A DNA stretch of 64,000 nt from Eledone cirrhosa (GCA_964016885.1 OZ024742.1:275838001-275902000); one strand, 5' to 3'; counted from the stretch's first letter, positions 27,160-39,912 are shown. A program made the numbers and translations. The notes: generated from the sequence alone by a model not told the origin.

Positions 27160-27933
27160 CGCTGAGAAACCGGGCTTATTCCATTTCTGTCAACAACTTA
27201 CTGGCGAAACAGATCTCTTTGGATTTGTACGTGTATTATATAGTTATAGAGGTATTTATTTACGCTTTAATTTATATTTTTAATTATCGTGTCTATAGTC
27301 TGCCTTTCATAGGTTATAGATTCCATACACTGGTGGTTTTTTCCCTTTTTTATTGTTAGCGCACTGTATATTTCTCTCTAGTGTGTTACCTTTTCAACAT
27401 ATTGCATTTTAAAGAGCTCAGGATTTCTTCTCCTTTGAGCATATTATTTACAGGGAATGGCGAGGGTCTATGGCTCCGTTAATTTATCGTGATATTTCGC
27501 TCCTTATAACAGTCTTTCCTATCCCTCTGTTTGGTTGAGCACACTTCTCTGAGTGGTTTTGGGCTGCCCTTTCTAGCAGCTCGTCCCTCAGAGGCCACTG
27601 GTTCACTGCCCTTAAACACGCTGTGACTTCTCTCTCCCACGTATAGCTGGACAGTCACTTTTAAAATTCTCTTAGTGTTGTCTAGCCTTATACACGGTGA
27701 GGAACCGGACTTATTCTATTTCTGTCAACAACTTACTGGCGAAACAGATCTCTTTGGATTTGTACGTGTGTTATATAGTTATAGAGGTATTTATTTACGC
27801 TTTAATTTATATTTTTAATTATTGTGTCTATAGTCTGCCTTTCATAGGTTATAGATTCCATACACTGGTGGTTTTTTCCGTTTTATTGATAGCGCACTGT
27901 ATATCTCTCTCTAGTGTGTTACCTTTTCAACAT
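27160..27933 (+). repeat. Direct repeat of ~240 bp (27160-27402 and 27697-27933)
   Basis: Near-identical copies starting aaccgg.cttatt..atttctgtcaacaacttactggcgaaac. Confidence 0.9.
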
Positions 27934-27943
27934 ATATATATAT

Positions 27944-28174
27944 GTAGGAGGTGAGTTTTATTGTAGTACAATAAAGCAATGCAGATATCGGATAAGAAGC
28001 ACTCTACAGTTTGTAGGACTGGAGTATACATAATATATAAGATCAAAAGATGGTTAAATGAGTTCCATATATTTTATTATGCGCATTTGAAAACACAAAT
28101 GTTATTGCATGATGATATTTGTTTTTGAAATGCGCATAATAAAATACATAGAACTCATTTAACCATCTTTTGAT

Positions 28175-28180
<6 letters not shown>
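27944..28180. mobile_element. Collapsed copy of the hammerhead fold-back element family
   Basis: Homologous to 38254-38661, with arms fused within stem II and the CUGANGA core lost. Confidence 0.75.
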
Positions 28181-28270
<90 letters not shown>

Positions 28271-28948
28271 ATAATAAAGAAGAAAGACGGTATCACTTGT
28301 TCATCCCTATTTATTATACTTATTTCGAAGACATGTCATTTGTATAATATCGGCCCTACGTGTTTTCTTCCGACAAAAATCCATGCAATATGTAAATATC
28401 CGTTGATATGAGATATTCGTTGATATCCGTTGATATAAGAACACGTAGGGCAGATGTTATACAAATGAAATACGCAAAAATAAAATAAATAGTGATGGGC
28501 AAATGATACCGTCTTTTGTTTATTATTATATAATATACATATACATATTAACAATTTCTTTTCATCGCACATATTATTAAACCCTTCAATATACAAACCT
28601 TAATTTAATATTATTCTTAATTTTTTCTCTTCATCAATTTTCAAATTCTTTTAAATTATATATTATCTTCCAACGGCTTTTTAACCTCTCTCTGTGAAAC
28701 AATATATATTTTTTCTCAGTTATAAAGGCTATCTCTCTCTTTCTATCACCCATCTCTCCTCCTATCTCATCCGTCCTTATTATACTCCTCCCCCACCATT
28801 CTTTACTCTCATCTCCTCCTCTTTTTCATCATTCCCCCCCCTCAGTTTTTTTCCCCAATATCACACATCAATCTTAAATTACTTTTCATATGTTGATTTA
28901 AAACTGCACTATTCACAAGTGTTTTTTAACCTTCATATCATGTATCCC

Positions 28949-29016
28949 TATTTTATCTGACGAAAACGCAAATGTCATCGCATGATATTTGTTTTTGAAA
29001 TGCGCATAATAAAATA
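28949..29016 (+). ncRNA. Type-I hammerhead ribozyme motif with a long AU-rich stem II, within a single-arm copy at ~28890-29053
   Basis: UAUUUUAU-CUGACGA-[aaacgcaaaugucau cgc augauauuuguuuuu]-GAA-AUGCGCAU-A-AUAAAAUA. Confidence 0.7.
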
Positions 29017-29053
29017 CATGGAACTCTTTTAACCATCTTTTGATCTTATATTA

Positions 29054-29224
29054 TATGTATATATATGTATGGTATATCTATATACATGTGTGTATGTATA
29101 TATATATATATGTGTATGTATATATATGTGTGTATGCATATATGTGTGTGTATGCATATATGTGTGTATGTATATATATATGTGTGTGTATGTATGTATA
29201 TATATATGTGTGTGTGTATGTATA

Positions 29225-29259
<35 letters not shown>

Positions 29260-29528
29260 GAAGATGAATTAACGGAGCCATAGAGTCGCGTTATTCCCTG
29301 TAAATTATGTGCTCAAAGGGAAAGGAATCCTGTACATATTGTATATGTATATATATATGCATGTATATATATGTATATGTGTATATATATATACATACAT
29401 ATACATATATATACATACATATACATATATATACATACATATATATATATACATATATATATATATACATACATATATATATATATACATACATATATAT
29501 ATATATATACATATATATATATGTATAC

Positions 29529-29562
<34 letters not shown>

Positions 29563-29606
29563 ATATACATATATATATATGTACATATACATACATATAT
29601 ATATAT

Positions 29607-29637
<31 letters not shown>

Positions 29638-29746
29638 CATATACACATACATATATATGTATATACACATATATATATACACATACATATATATATATAT
29701 ACACATACATATATATACACATACATATATATACACATACACATAC

Positions 29747-29779
<33 letters not shown>

Positions 29780-29851
29780 CACATACATATATATATATAT
29801 ATATACATACATACATATATACATATACATACATATATATATACATACATA

Positions 29852-29883
<32 letters not shown>

Positions 29884-29888
29884 CATAC

Positions 29889-29919
<31 letters not shown>

Positions 29920-30055
29920 CATATATATATATATACATACATAAAGATATATATATACATACATATATATATACATACATATATATATATATATACATAC
30001 ATAAAGATATATATACATACATATATATATACATACATATATATATATACATACA
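29054..30055. repeat. Compound (TA)n/(TATG)n/(TACA)n microsatellite
   Basis: Direct reading; the YI-repeat ORFs are artefacts. Confidence 0.95.
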
Positions 30056-31765
30056 TTCGGGTTTGTGTCAGGCAAAGGTACCACAGACGCTCTTTTCATT
30101 GTACGACAACTACAGGAGAAGTACCTAGCTAAAAGTAAACCCCTTTACTTAGCTTTTGTCGACTTGGAGAAAGCCTTCGACAGAGTCCCCCGTTCCATTA
30201 TCTGGTGGGCTCTTAGAAAACTAGGTGTCGACGAATGGCTTGTGAGAGCTATACAAGCCATGTATAAAGAAACAGTCAGCAAGGTTAGAATTAACAACGA
30301 ATATAGTGAAGAGTTTAGCGTAAAAGTTGGCGTCCATCAGGGCTCTGTTCTCAGCCCTCTACTATTTATTATTGCCCTTCAGGCTATAACAGAGGAGTTC
30401 AAGACCGGCTGCCCATGGGAACTCCTATACGCAGACGACCTAACACTCATAGCTGAATCAATGGCCGAGCTAGAGAAGAAATTCCAAACATGGAAGCACG
30501 GCCTAGAATCAAAAGGCCTTAAAATTAATCTGGCTAAGACCAAAGTTCTAGTTTGTAGGAAAGAAAATAAGGCGGCGGTCTCTTCCGGGAAGTGGCCATG
30601 CTCAGTGTGTAGGAAAGGCGTAGGTAGAAACTCCATTTTGTGTCAGAAATGCAAAGTATGGGTGCATAAAAGATGTAGTGGGATCACAGGTAAGCTAACT
30701 AAGAACATAGATTTCACATGTGGCCGGTGCTCTGGTGCAATAAGTAGCAGCAAGTGCCCACAAAATACTAGCTCTTTCAACTGCGCAGAGGGCTCTATAG
30801 AAATAGTGGACAGCTTCCGTTACCTGGGTGACAAAATCAGCAGTGGGGGAGGGTGCTCTGAAAGTACAGTAGCTAGAGTCAGAACTGGATGGAAAAAGTT
30901 CAGAGAGCTTATACCACTATTAGCCGCTAAAGGGTTCTCCCTAAAAATGAAAGGCAGGTTGTATGATGCCTGCATACGAACAGCAATGTTGCATGGCAGT
31001 GAGACCTGGGCATTGTGTGCAGAGGATATACGCAGACTAGAGAGGAACGAAGCTTGCATGCTCCGCTGGATGTGTAATAGTAATATACGTGAACAGCAAA
31101 GCATAAACGAACTAAGGAAAAAATTAGAAATAAGAGGGATCAGATGTTGTTTACTCGAGAGAAGGCTACGTTGGTATGGACACGTGATGCGCATGAAAGT
31201 CGATAGCTGTATAACAAAGTGCAGGGCAATAAAGATAGACGGTAGCCACGGAATAGGCAGACCTAGAAAAACCTGGGACGAGCTGCTAAACTCCGACCTC
31301 ACACACTGACACCTCTCCAAGACAATGTCACTGGACCGAGACCTTTGGCGGTACTCAGTAATAGAGAAGACCCGCCTTACCTAAATTACATAGTAAAACC
31401 TACTACAGTCAGTAGGCATCTCTAACAAAATACACCCCCGTCCCACCACCCCCACCCCATCCACACCGCCCCCTTCTATGTAAAGTTATGTTGGTGCCAC
31501 ACCATCCAGGCCGAAACAAATGAGATCGTGTAGGTGTCACGACAAAAAAACACACAGTCCACGCTGTAATGTGGCCGTGTAGGCAACATGGTAAAAACCT
31601 CCCAGACCCACACTGTAAATGTGGTTGGTGTTAGGAAGGGCATCCAACTGTAGAAAACCTGCCAGACAGTCCTATGCGAGCAAGACAATCACTCTTGCCT
31701 CAAGTGGGAAAACCCCCGTCCAAACCCATGCAAACGTGGAACACGGACGTTAAATGTTGATGATG

Positions 31766-31767
<2 letters not shown>
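30056..31767 (+). mobile_element. 5'-truncated young RTE LINE (RT with embedded PHD-like finger, 3' UTR, GAT tail)
   Basis: ORF 30065-31309: FVDLEKAFDRVP, GVHQGSVLSPLLF, LYADDL, FRYLG; premature TGA relative to the sister copy. Confidence 0.95.
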
Positions 31768-31802
<35 letters not shown>

Positions 31803-31899
31803 CATATATATATATATATATACATACATACATACATATATATATATACACACACATACATACATATACATATACATACATATATATATATATATACAC

Positions 31900-31980
<81 letters not shown>

Positions 31981-32270
31981 AAAATCAACTTTTTAAATGG
32001 AAGTTGCATTATTACAAGGTATGTCGCTAATTATTTATAAAACAGCTTATGTATTGTATTTTGTCTGAGGAAGGCATACCATATTTTTAATATGATATCC
32101 CAGAAATATATATAACGAAATAAATATGGTTTTATAAATATAGTTTCCATTTGTTTATTATCGTATATATATATATATATATAGTAATAATAATAAAATT
32201 GAAGACTAAAATCCAAAGAGGGGTCGATAAGGATAAATATATATCAAATATATAAGAACCGTAGAGCAAA

Positions 32271-33345
32271 TCTATATATATAAAACTGTGGTTGTCTGTC
32301 TGTCTATTGATTTTTGGCACACATCTCCTCTTAGAATCTCTGACGGAATTGCACCGAAATTGCTATACTTGTACATTGAGCCCTAGCGAAGACATCGGAA
32401 AAAAAATATTTCAAATTGACCCACCCTATGTGACGAAATCGAATATAATGTATCGATTTTTGAGCGTAAGTTATCAGTTATTTCCCTTTGTTCTGTTTAC
32501 ATTGAGCGTCTTACGTAAAAAATTACGCTGGCTTTCTCAGCGTTTAAAATGACATTAACACAATACACGAACAGTTGTCGAGCCAGCAAAATATTGACCT
32601 GCAAAATTCATCAGTTCGAACACTAAGCTTCCGTTTTGCTTCATTTCCATTTAAAAGCATTTTAAAACAATATTTTTACTTGAAAACAAGTCTATTTAAA
32701 GACTACGTAAAACAAGCAAATATTTCGTCGTTAGGCGTGCAGACAGACAGTCGTGCAGACAGACAGTCGTGCAGACAGACAGTCGTGCAGAGAGGTGATA
32801 TACGCGTGCAGACAGACAGTCGTGCAGAGAGGTGATATAGGCGTGCAGACAGACAGTCGTGCAGAGAGGTGATATAGGCGTGCAGACAGACAGTCGTGCA
32901 GAGAGGTGATATAGGCGTGCAGACAGACAGTCGTGCAGAGAGGTGATATAGGCGTGCAGACAGATAGTCGTCCAGAGAGGTGATATAGGCGTGCAGACAG
33001 ATAGTCGTGCAGAGAGGTGATATAGGCGTGCAGACAGACATAACTGATAATTTGGTTACGCTAATGTTTTTCTCTGCGTTGCAGTGTTTACATTTTCGAT
33101 CTTTGTTAATAAATAACCAGTGCAGTTTCTATCCCCAGCATCCTCTTTTGTTATAACATTCGGGTTATCGTTATGTTTTCTTAACTTCATAAGGCATATT
33201 GTTGGTTGAGGGAATATTAATCAAAAACACTACATGCAAGTCTGCACAGTAGACACTACAGTTTTTAAGCCAAGAAAGAAACTTAACATTGTAACTTTAA
33301 CACAGCTACTGAGCGACCCCGAGCAACGCCGGGCTTTACTGCTAG
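32271..33345 (+). mobile_element. Non-autonomous Helitron carrying a minisatellite
   Basis: A|TCTATATATATAAA 5' end; cccgagcaacgccggg hairpin then CTAG|T 3' end; inserted between A and T with no TSD. Confidence 0.8.
32733..33040 (+). repeat. 37-bp minisatellite, ~7 copies plus partial units
   Basis: (ggcgtgcagacagacagtcgtgcagagaggtgatata)n. Confidence 0.95.
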
Positions 33346-33346
33346 T

Positions 33347-33740
33347 ATTTATTAAAATAACAGATTAAAGTTTAAGCAAAGAATCGCTGCTTTCACACTT
33401 AACGGGATCTTCTGAAACTAACAAAGTCAATCTGTAAACGCAGAACTGGATATTTCAAAAAACGTTGCAACCGGAGGAAGACGTTCGCTGGCAAAGAACG
33501 GGAAAAAACGAATAATACGTCATTAATAGGAGCGGTGAAAAACAATTACGCGCAAAGACAGAACCACGTTTAAGGTATAAAAGAGATCGTAGACTAATGT
33601 TCTCTTAGGTGGTGCATAGAGACGTTCTCTGGCAATGAGCGAAAAAACGAAGAAATAAGTCATATGTGAAGCGTGGAGAGCAATAGCACGCAAAGACAAA
33701 ACCACTTGCTTAAACTTTAATCTGTTATTTTAATAAATAT
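33347..33740. mobile_element. Short element with ~33 bp terminal inverted repeats and a degenerate hammerhead-like core
   Basis: atttattaaaataacagattaaagtttaagcaa / ttgcttaaactttaatctgttattttaataaat; minus-strand CAGAAGA...GAAAG just inside the left arm. Confidence 0.55.
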
Positions 33741-33819
33741 ATATATATATATATATACACATACATATATATATACACATACATATATATATACACATAC
33801 ATATATATATATATACATA

Positions 33820-36800
33820 CATCATCATCATCATCATCATCATCAACGTTTAACGTCCGTATTCCACGCTTGCATCGGTTTGGACGGGGGTAGTCCCACT
33901 TGAGGCAAGAGTGATTGTCTTGCTCGCATAGGACTGTCTGGCAGGTTTTCTACAGTTGGATGCCCTTCCTAACACCAACCACATTTACAGTGTGGGTCTG
34001 GGAGGTTTTTACCGTGTTGCCTACACGGCCACATTACAGCGTGGACTGTGTGTTTTTTTGTCGTGACACCTACACGATCTCATTTGTTTCGGCCTGGATG
34101 GCGCGGCACCAACATAACTTTACATAGAACGGGGTGGTGTGGATGGGGTGGGGGTGGGACGGGGTGTATTTTATTAGAGATGCCTACTGGCTGGAGTAGG
34201 TTTTACTATATATTTAGGTAAGGCGGGTCTTCTCTGTTACTGAGTACCGCCAAAGGTCTCGGTCCAGTGACATTGTCTTGGAGAGGTGTAAGTGTGTGAT
34301 GTCGGAGTTTAGCAGCTCGTCCCAGGTTTTTCTAGGTCTGCCTATTCCGTGACTACCGTCTATCTTTATTGCCCTGCACTTTGTTATACAGCTATCGACT
34401 TTCATGCGCATCACGTGTCCATACCAACGTAGCCTTCTCTCGAGTAAACAACATCTGATCCCTCTTATCTCTAATTTTTTCCTTAGTTCGTTTATGCTTT
34501 GCCGTTCACGTATATTACTGTTACACATCCAGCGGAGCATGCAAGCTTCGTTCCTCTCTAGTCTGCGTATATCCTCTGCACACAATGCCCAGGTCTCACT
34601 GCCATGCAGCATTGCTGTTCGTATGCAGGCATCGTACAACCTGCCTTTCATTTTTAGGGAGAACCCTTTAGCAGCTAATAGTGGTATAAGCTCTCTGAAC
34701 TTTTTCCAACCAGTTCTGACTCTAGCTACAGTACTTTCAGAGCACCCTCCCCCACTGCTGATTTTATCGCCCAGGTAACGGAAGCTGTCCACTATTTCTA
34801 TAGAACCCTCTGCGCAATTGAAAGAGCTAGTATTTTGTGGGCACTTGCTGCTACTTATTGCACCAGAACACCGGCCACATGTAAAATCTATGTTCTTAGT
34901 TAGCTTACCTTTGATCCCACTACATATTTTATGCACCCATACTTTGCATTTAGGGCATAAAATGGAGTTTCTACCTACGCCTTTCCTACACACCGAGCAC
35001 GACCATTTCCCAGAAGGGACCGCCGCCTTGTTTTCTTTCCTACAAACTAGTACTTTGGTCTTAGCCAGGTTAATTTTAAGTCCTTTTGACTCTAGGCCGT
35101 GCTTCCATGTTTGAAATTTCTTCTCTAGCTCGGCCATTGATTCCGCTATGAGTGTCAGGTCGTCTGCGTATAGGAGTTCCCATGGGCAGCCTGTCTTGAA
35201 CTCCTCTGTTATAGCCTGAAGGGCAATAATAAATAGTAGGGGGCTGAGAACAGAGCCCTGATGGACGCCAACTTTTACGCTAAACTCTTCACTATATTCG
35301 TTGTTAATTCTAACCTTGCTGACTGTTTCTTTATACATGGCTTGTATAGCCCTCACAAGCCATTCGTCAACGCCTAGTTTTCTAAGAGCCCACCAGATAA
35401 TGGAGCGGGGGACTCTGTCGAAGGCTTTCTCCAAGTCGACAAAAGCTAAGTAGAGGGGTTTACCTTTAGCTAGGTACTTCTCCTGTAGTTGTTGTACTAT
35501 GAAAAGAGCGTCTGTGGTACTTTTGCCTGACACAAACCCGAACTGCATTTCATCTAGGTCAATTCTCTCTCTGATTAGTTGCGCTATTACTTTTTCCGTG
35601 ACCTTCATGACCTGGTCGATTAATTTAATGCCTCTATAGTTACTCCTATCTAGGGCGTCTCCTTTACCCTTATAACAGTTAACGATGATGCTGTATGCCA
35701 GTCCTTCGGAACAACCCCATTCTGTACGACTTGGTTAACTATGCGGGTGACCATGGTGTGTCCCACCGTGCCAGATGCCTTCAGCATCTCAGCAACTATT
35801 TCCGAAGGCCCAGCCGCCTTACCCGTCTTCATATCCTTGATTGCCTTACTTATTATACTCCCCTCGACTAACACTGCTGGTCCCTCTATTGGGTCGATAT
35901 GGGGGAGACTGTCTTTCTCCCATTTATTCTCCTCATTTAGTAGCCTTTCATAGTGACACTTCCAAGCTACCTTCTTATCAGCGTCGGTGATGGCAAGTGT
36001 GCCATCGTGGTTTAGTACACACTTCTCCCCGACAATATCACGGTTTTCCTTGACGCATTGCCTAGCAATCCTGAACACCTCACGTTTTTGGTCATCGCGT
36101 TGTAGAACATGCTTGAACTTTCTTTCCTCAGCTTCCCTTCTTGCTAAGTACACTTGTCTCCTAGCTTCCCTCCTGACCACTTGATAGTCTTCTCTACTTC
36201 CCCCATCCCGCCATACTTTCCAAGCCTGCTTTTTGGCCTTAATTGACCCCTCCACCTTACTGTTCCACCACCATGTTACTCTCCTCCTGCCTACAGGCCT
36301 GCTCCAGCCACAGACTTCGTCTGTCGCCAACAGCAGGTTTGCTTTCAGAAATTCCCACTCTCCCTCTATATTGTCCGACTCTAAATGTTCTTCCTTACTG
36401 TCGAAAGCATCAAGTAATATGCTTTGAAATTTATTCCTGGCTGTGGGGTCCTTTAGCTTCCATATTTTTCTCCTGAGGATAGTCCTCTTCTGCTGTCGAG
36501 TACGTTTCGTCCTGACTATGAGGTCGCTAATTATCAGTCTATGTTGGGAGGTGCATTCTTCATGGGGGAGGGATTTAGTGTTTACAACAGACACTCTGTC
36601 ACGTCTTCTGGTAAGGATATAATCTACCTGGCTTGTGTGTTCCCCGGATCTATAGGTGATCAGGTGATTGTCACGTTTTTTGAAGTTAGTGTTACAGATA
36701 GTTAGGTTATTTGCATCACAGAATTCCAGGATTCTGGAGCCTTCCTCATTTCTAGTACCAAACCCATAGCCTCCATGGATTTCGTCGTAGCCGTCACAAT

Positions 36801-38212
36801 GTTGTCCAACGTGACCATTTAGGTCGCCTGCGATAATTATATAGTCACTCTCGGATATTTGGGAGGTAGTTAGCATCAGTGTCTCATAGAATCTGTCTTT
36901 TATAGTGCCGGGCAGTCCGGATTGGGGTGCGTACGCAGATATTACTGTCACCGTAGTTCTATTGAGGACAAGTCGTATTTTAATTATTCTGTCGTTCACT
37001 TTATTTACGTCTATTATCTTATCTGCCCACTTTTCTGCTACCATGATTCCTACTCGACCCAGCCCATCGTCGTTTCCCACCCAGAAAAGCTTATAACATC
37101 GTTTTTTACCCTCAATGAACCTAGCAGACCCACCCCCCCACCTGGTCTCTTGAATACAACAAACATCGACCTCCTTACGTTCAAGCATTTCTACAACCTC
37201 GTTAGCGCGACCCTTTAGGGTGCCTACATTTATGGTACCAACTCTGAAATTTTGGATTGCGTTTGGGGGTTGGGGGCGGTGGGGGGCGGGGGGCGATGGG
37301 GTTATGTTAGCCGTCCGCGGTCGAAACAATGAGGAGTGCTCGCATTCTCGTCCAAGAGGTGAATTTGTCTTTATCTTTGGCATTGTCGCTGAGCGTCCAG
37401 ATTTTTCTCTCTCTCCTCCACTCTCCAGGATTCCGCAGTCCATCCATCCATCATATATCGAAAGGCAACCAGGCAAGCGATAGTATAGGCCTCTGGCTTC
37501 TGATTGGTCCGCGTAATAATACTGGTGATGCGTGGAGGCTCTGGCTTATGATTGGTCTACGTAATAGCAATGGTGGTGCGTGGGGGCGGGAGGGGTGTTG
37601 GGTAGCTAGATAGAAGGTAATGATTTGAATGGGGTCCTTGCACATTTAACAAGCGATTAACAAGCGATTAACAAAAATACAAAATTTGTTCTGTTCAATA
37701 CGACCAAAAACTTTCGTATTTAACAATTAATAAATACAAAAAATGTAGATTGTTTTAGCGATAGATTGGCTATTTGGACTTGATACGAAATATGGATTGT
37801 TTTGAAAATACGCTAGAATTAGGAAATGGGGAATTAGGATTTGTGGAGGTAGAGATGAAGGAAAATCATTACGTTACATGAATATCGTGGGTTGGACAGC
37901 AAAGCAATGAAATTTGGCGAAGTGAATTCCTATCATATATATATAGAGAGAGAGAGAGAGAGGGAGGGGGGCCGCATGATGGTTGTGTGTGTTAGGCGTT
38001 TGACCGCCTCATGCCTTCGAAGTAGCGGGTGGGGGGGGGGGGGGGTCGAGTGTAAGCGGGAGTTTCGAAAGAAGGAAGAAGGAAAGGATTTTGTTTTTTT
38101 TTTGTTTTGAAAATACGCTAGAATTAGGGATTGAGGTTTGAAAATACGCTAGATTAGATAGAAGGTAATGATTGAATGGGGTCCTTGCATTTAACAAGCG
38201 ATTAACAAAAAT

Positions 38213-38217
<5 letters not shown>
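33820..38217 (-). mobile_element. Near full-length RTE LINE (APE + RT with PHD-like finger); one frameshift at ~35692
   Basis: ORF 35650-37476 (GTINVGTL, CIQETRW, AYAPQ, GDLNGH, QVDY, SQHR) joins ORF 34214-35608; (GAT)n tail at 33820; 5' region has duplicated blocks, so the 5' boundary is uncertain. Confidence 0.93.
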
Positions 38218-38257
<40 letters not shown>

Positions 38258-38378
38258 GGAGGTGAGTTTTATTGTAGTACAATAAAGCAATGCAGATATC
38301 GGATAAGAAGCACTCTACAGTTTGTGGGACTGGAGTATGCATAATATAAGATCAAAAGATGGTTAAAGGAGTTCAATA

Positions 38379-38449
38379 TATTTTATTATGCGCATTTCAA
38401 AAACAAACATCATCAAACAATAATATTTGTGTTTTCATCAGATAAAACA
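38379..38449 (-). ncRNA. Type-I hammerhead ribozyme motif (left arm)
   Basis: Reverse complement of 38553-38623. Confidence 0.7.
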
Positions 38450-38552
38450 GGAGAACATGATATGAAGGCTAAAAAAACACTTGTTGATAGTGCAGTTGAT
38501 TTAAAACTGCACTATCAACAAGTGTTTTTTTAGCCTTCATATCATGTTCTCC

Positions 38553-38623
38553 TGTTTTATCTGATGAAAACACAAATATTATTGTTTGATGATGTTTGTT
38601 TTTGAAATGCGCATAATAAAATA
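38553..38623 (+). ncRNA. Type-I hammerhead ribozyme motif (right arm)
   Basis: UGUUUUAU-CUGAUGA-[aaacacaaauauuauu guuu gaugauguuuguuuuu]-GAA-AUGCGCAU-A-AUAAAAUA. Confidence 0.7.
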
Positions 38624-38661
38624 TATTGAACTCCTTTAACCATCTTTTGATCTTATATTAT

Positions 38662-38867
38662 ATATATATATATATATATACATACATACATATATATATA
38701 CATACATATATATATATATATACATATATATACATACATATATATATACATATATATACACGTACATACATATATATATATATATACACATACATATACA
38801 TACATATATATATATATACACATCCATTTTTATATATATACATACATATATATATATATACACATAC

Positions 38868-38898
<31 letters not shown>

Positions 38899-38978
38899 CA
38901 TACATATATATATATACACATACATATATATATATACATACACACATATATATATACATATATATATATACATACATA

Positions 38979-39019
<41 letters not shown>

Positions 39020-39029
39020 ATATACATAC

Positions 39030-39064
<35 letters not shown>

Positions 39065-39066
39065 CT

Positions 39067-39114
<48 letters not shown>

Positions 39115-39140
39115 CATATACATACATATATATATATATG

Positions 39141-39188
<48 letters not shown>

Positions 39189-39235
39189 TATATACATACA
39201 TATATATATATATACATACATATATATATATATAT

Positions 39236-39266
<31 letters not shown>

Positions 39267-39395
39267 CATACATCCATATATATATATATATATACATACA
39301 TATATATATATACATACATCCATATATATATATATATATATACATACATATATACATACATATATATATACATACATATATATATATACATACAT

Positions 39396-39432
<37 letters not shown>

Positions 39433-39912
39433 CATATATATATATACATACATATATATATATACATCCATATATATATATATACACATACATATATACA
39501 TACATATATATATATACACACACACATACATATATATATATATACATACATATATATATATATACATACATATATATATACATACATATATATATACATA
39601 CATATATATATATATACATATACATACATATATATATATATATACACGCATACATATATATATATATATATACATACATATATATATACATACATACATA
39701 TATACATATACATACATATATACATACATATATATATATATACATATATACATACATATATATATACATATATATACACATACATATATACATATATATA
39801 TACATATACATACATATATATATACATACATATATATATATATATACATACATATATATATATATATACACATACATATATATATATACATACATATATA
39901 TATATATACACA

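Larger units (their letters stand above)
38254..38661. mobile_element. Fold-back element with ~157 bp perfect inverted arms and a hammerhead on each strand
   Basis: 38341-38497 is the reverse complement of 38505-38661, with a ~7 nt loop; flanked by (TA)n. Confidence 0.85.

Noticed and set aside
29040-30132. Long YI/HT/MC-repeat ORFs (also 31689-32009, 38626-40368, 49887-50765)
   Set aside because: Translations of stop-poor (TA)n/(TACA)n microsatellites
32733-33040. CRISPR-like periodicity of 37 bp
   Set aside because: Head-to-tail repeats with no unique spacers and no cas genes; eukaryotic context
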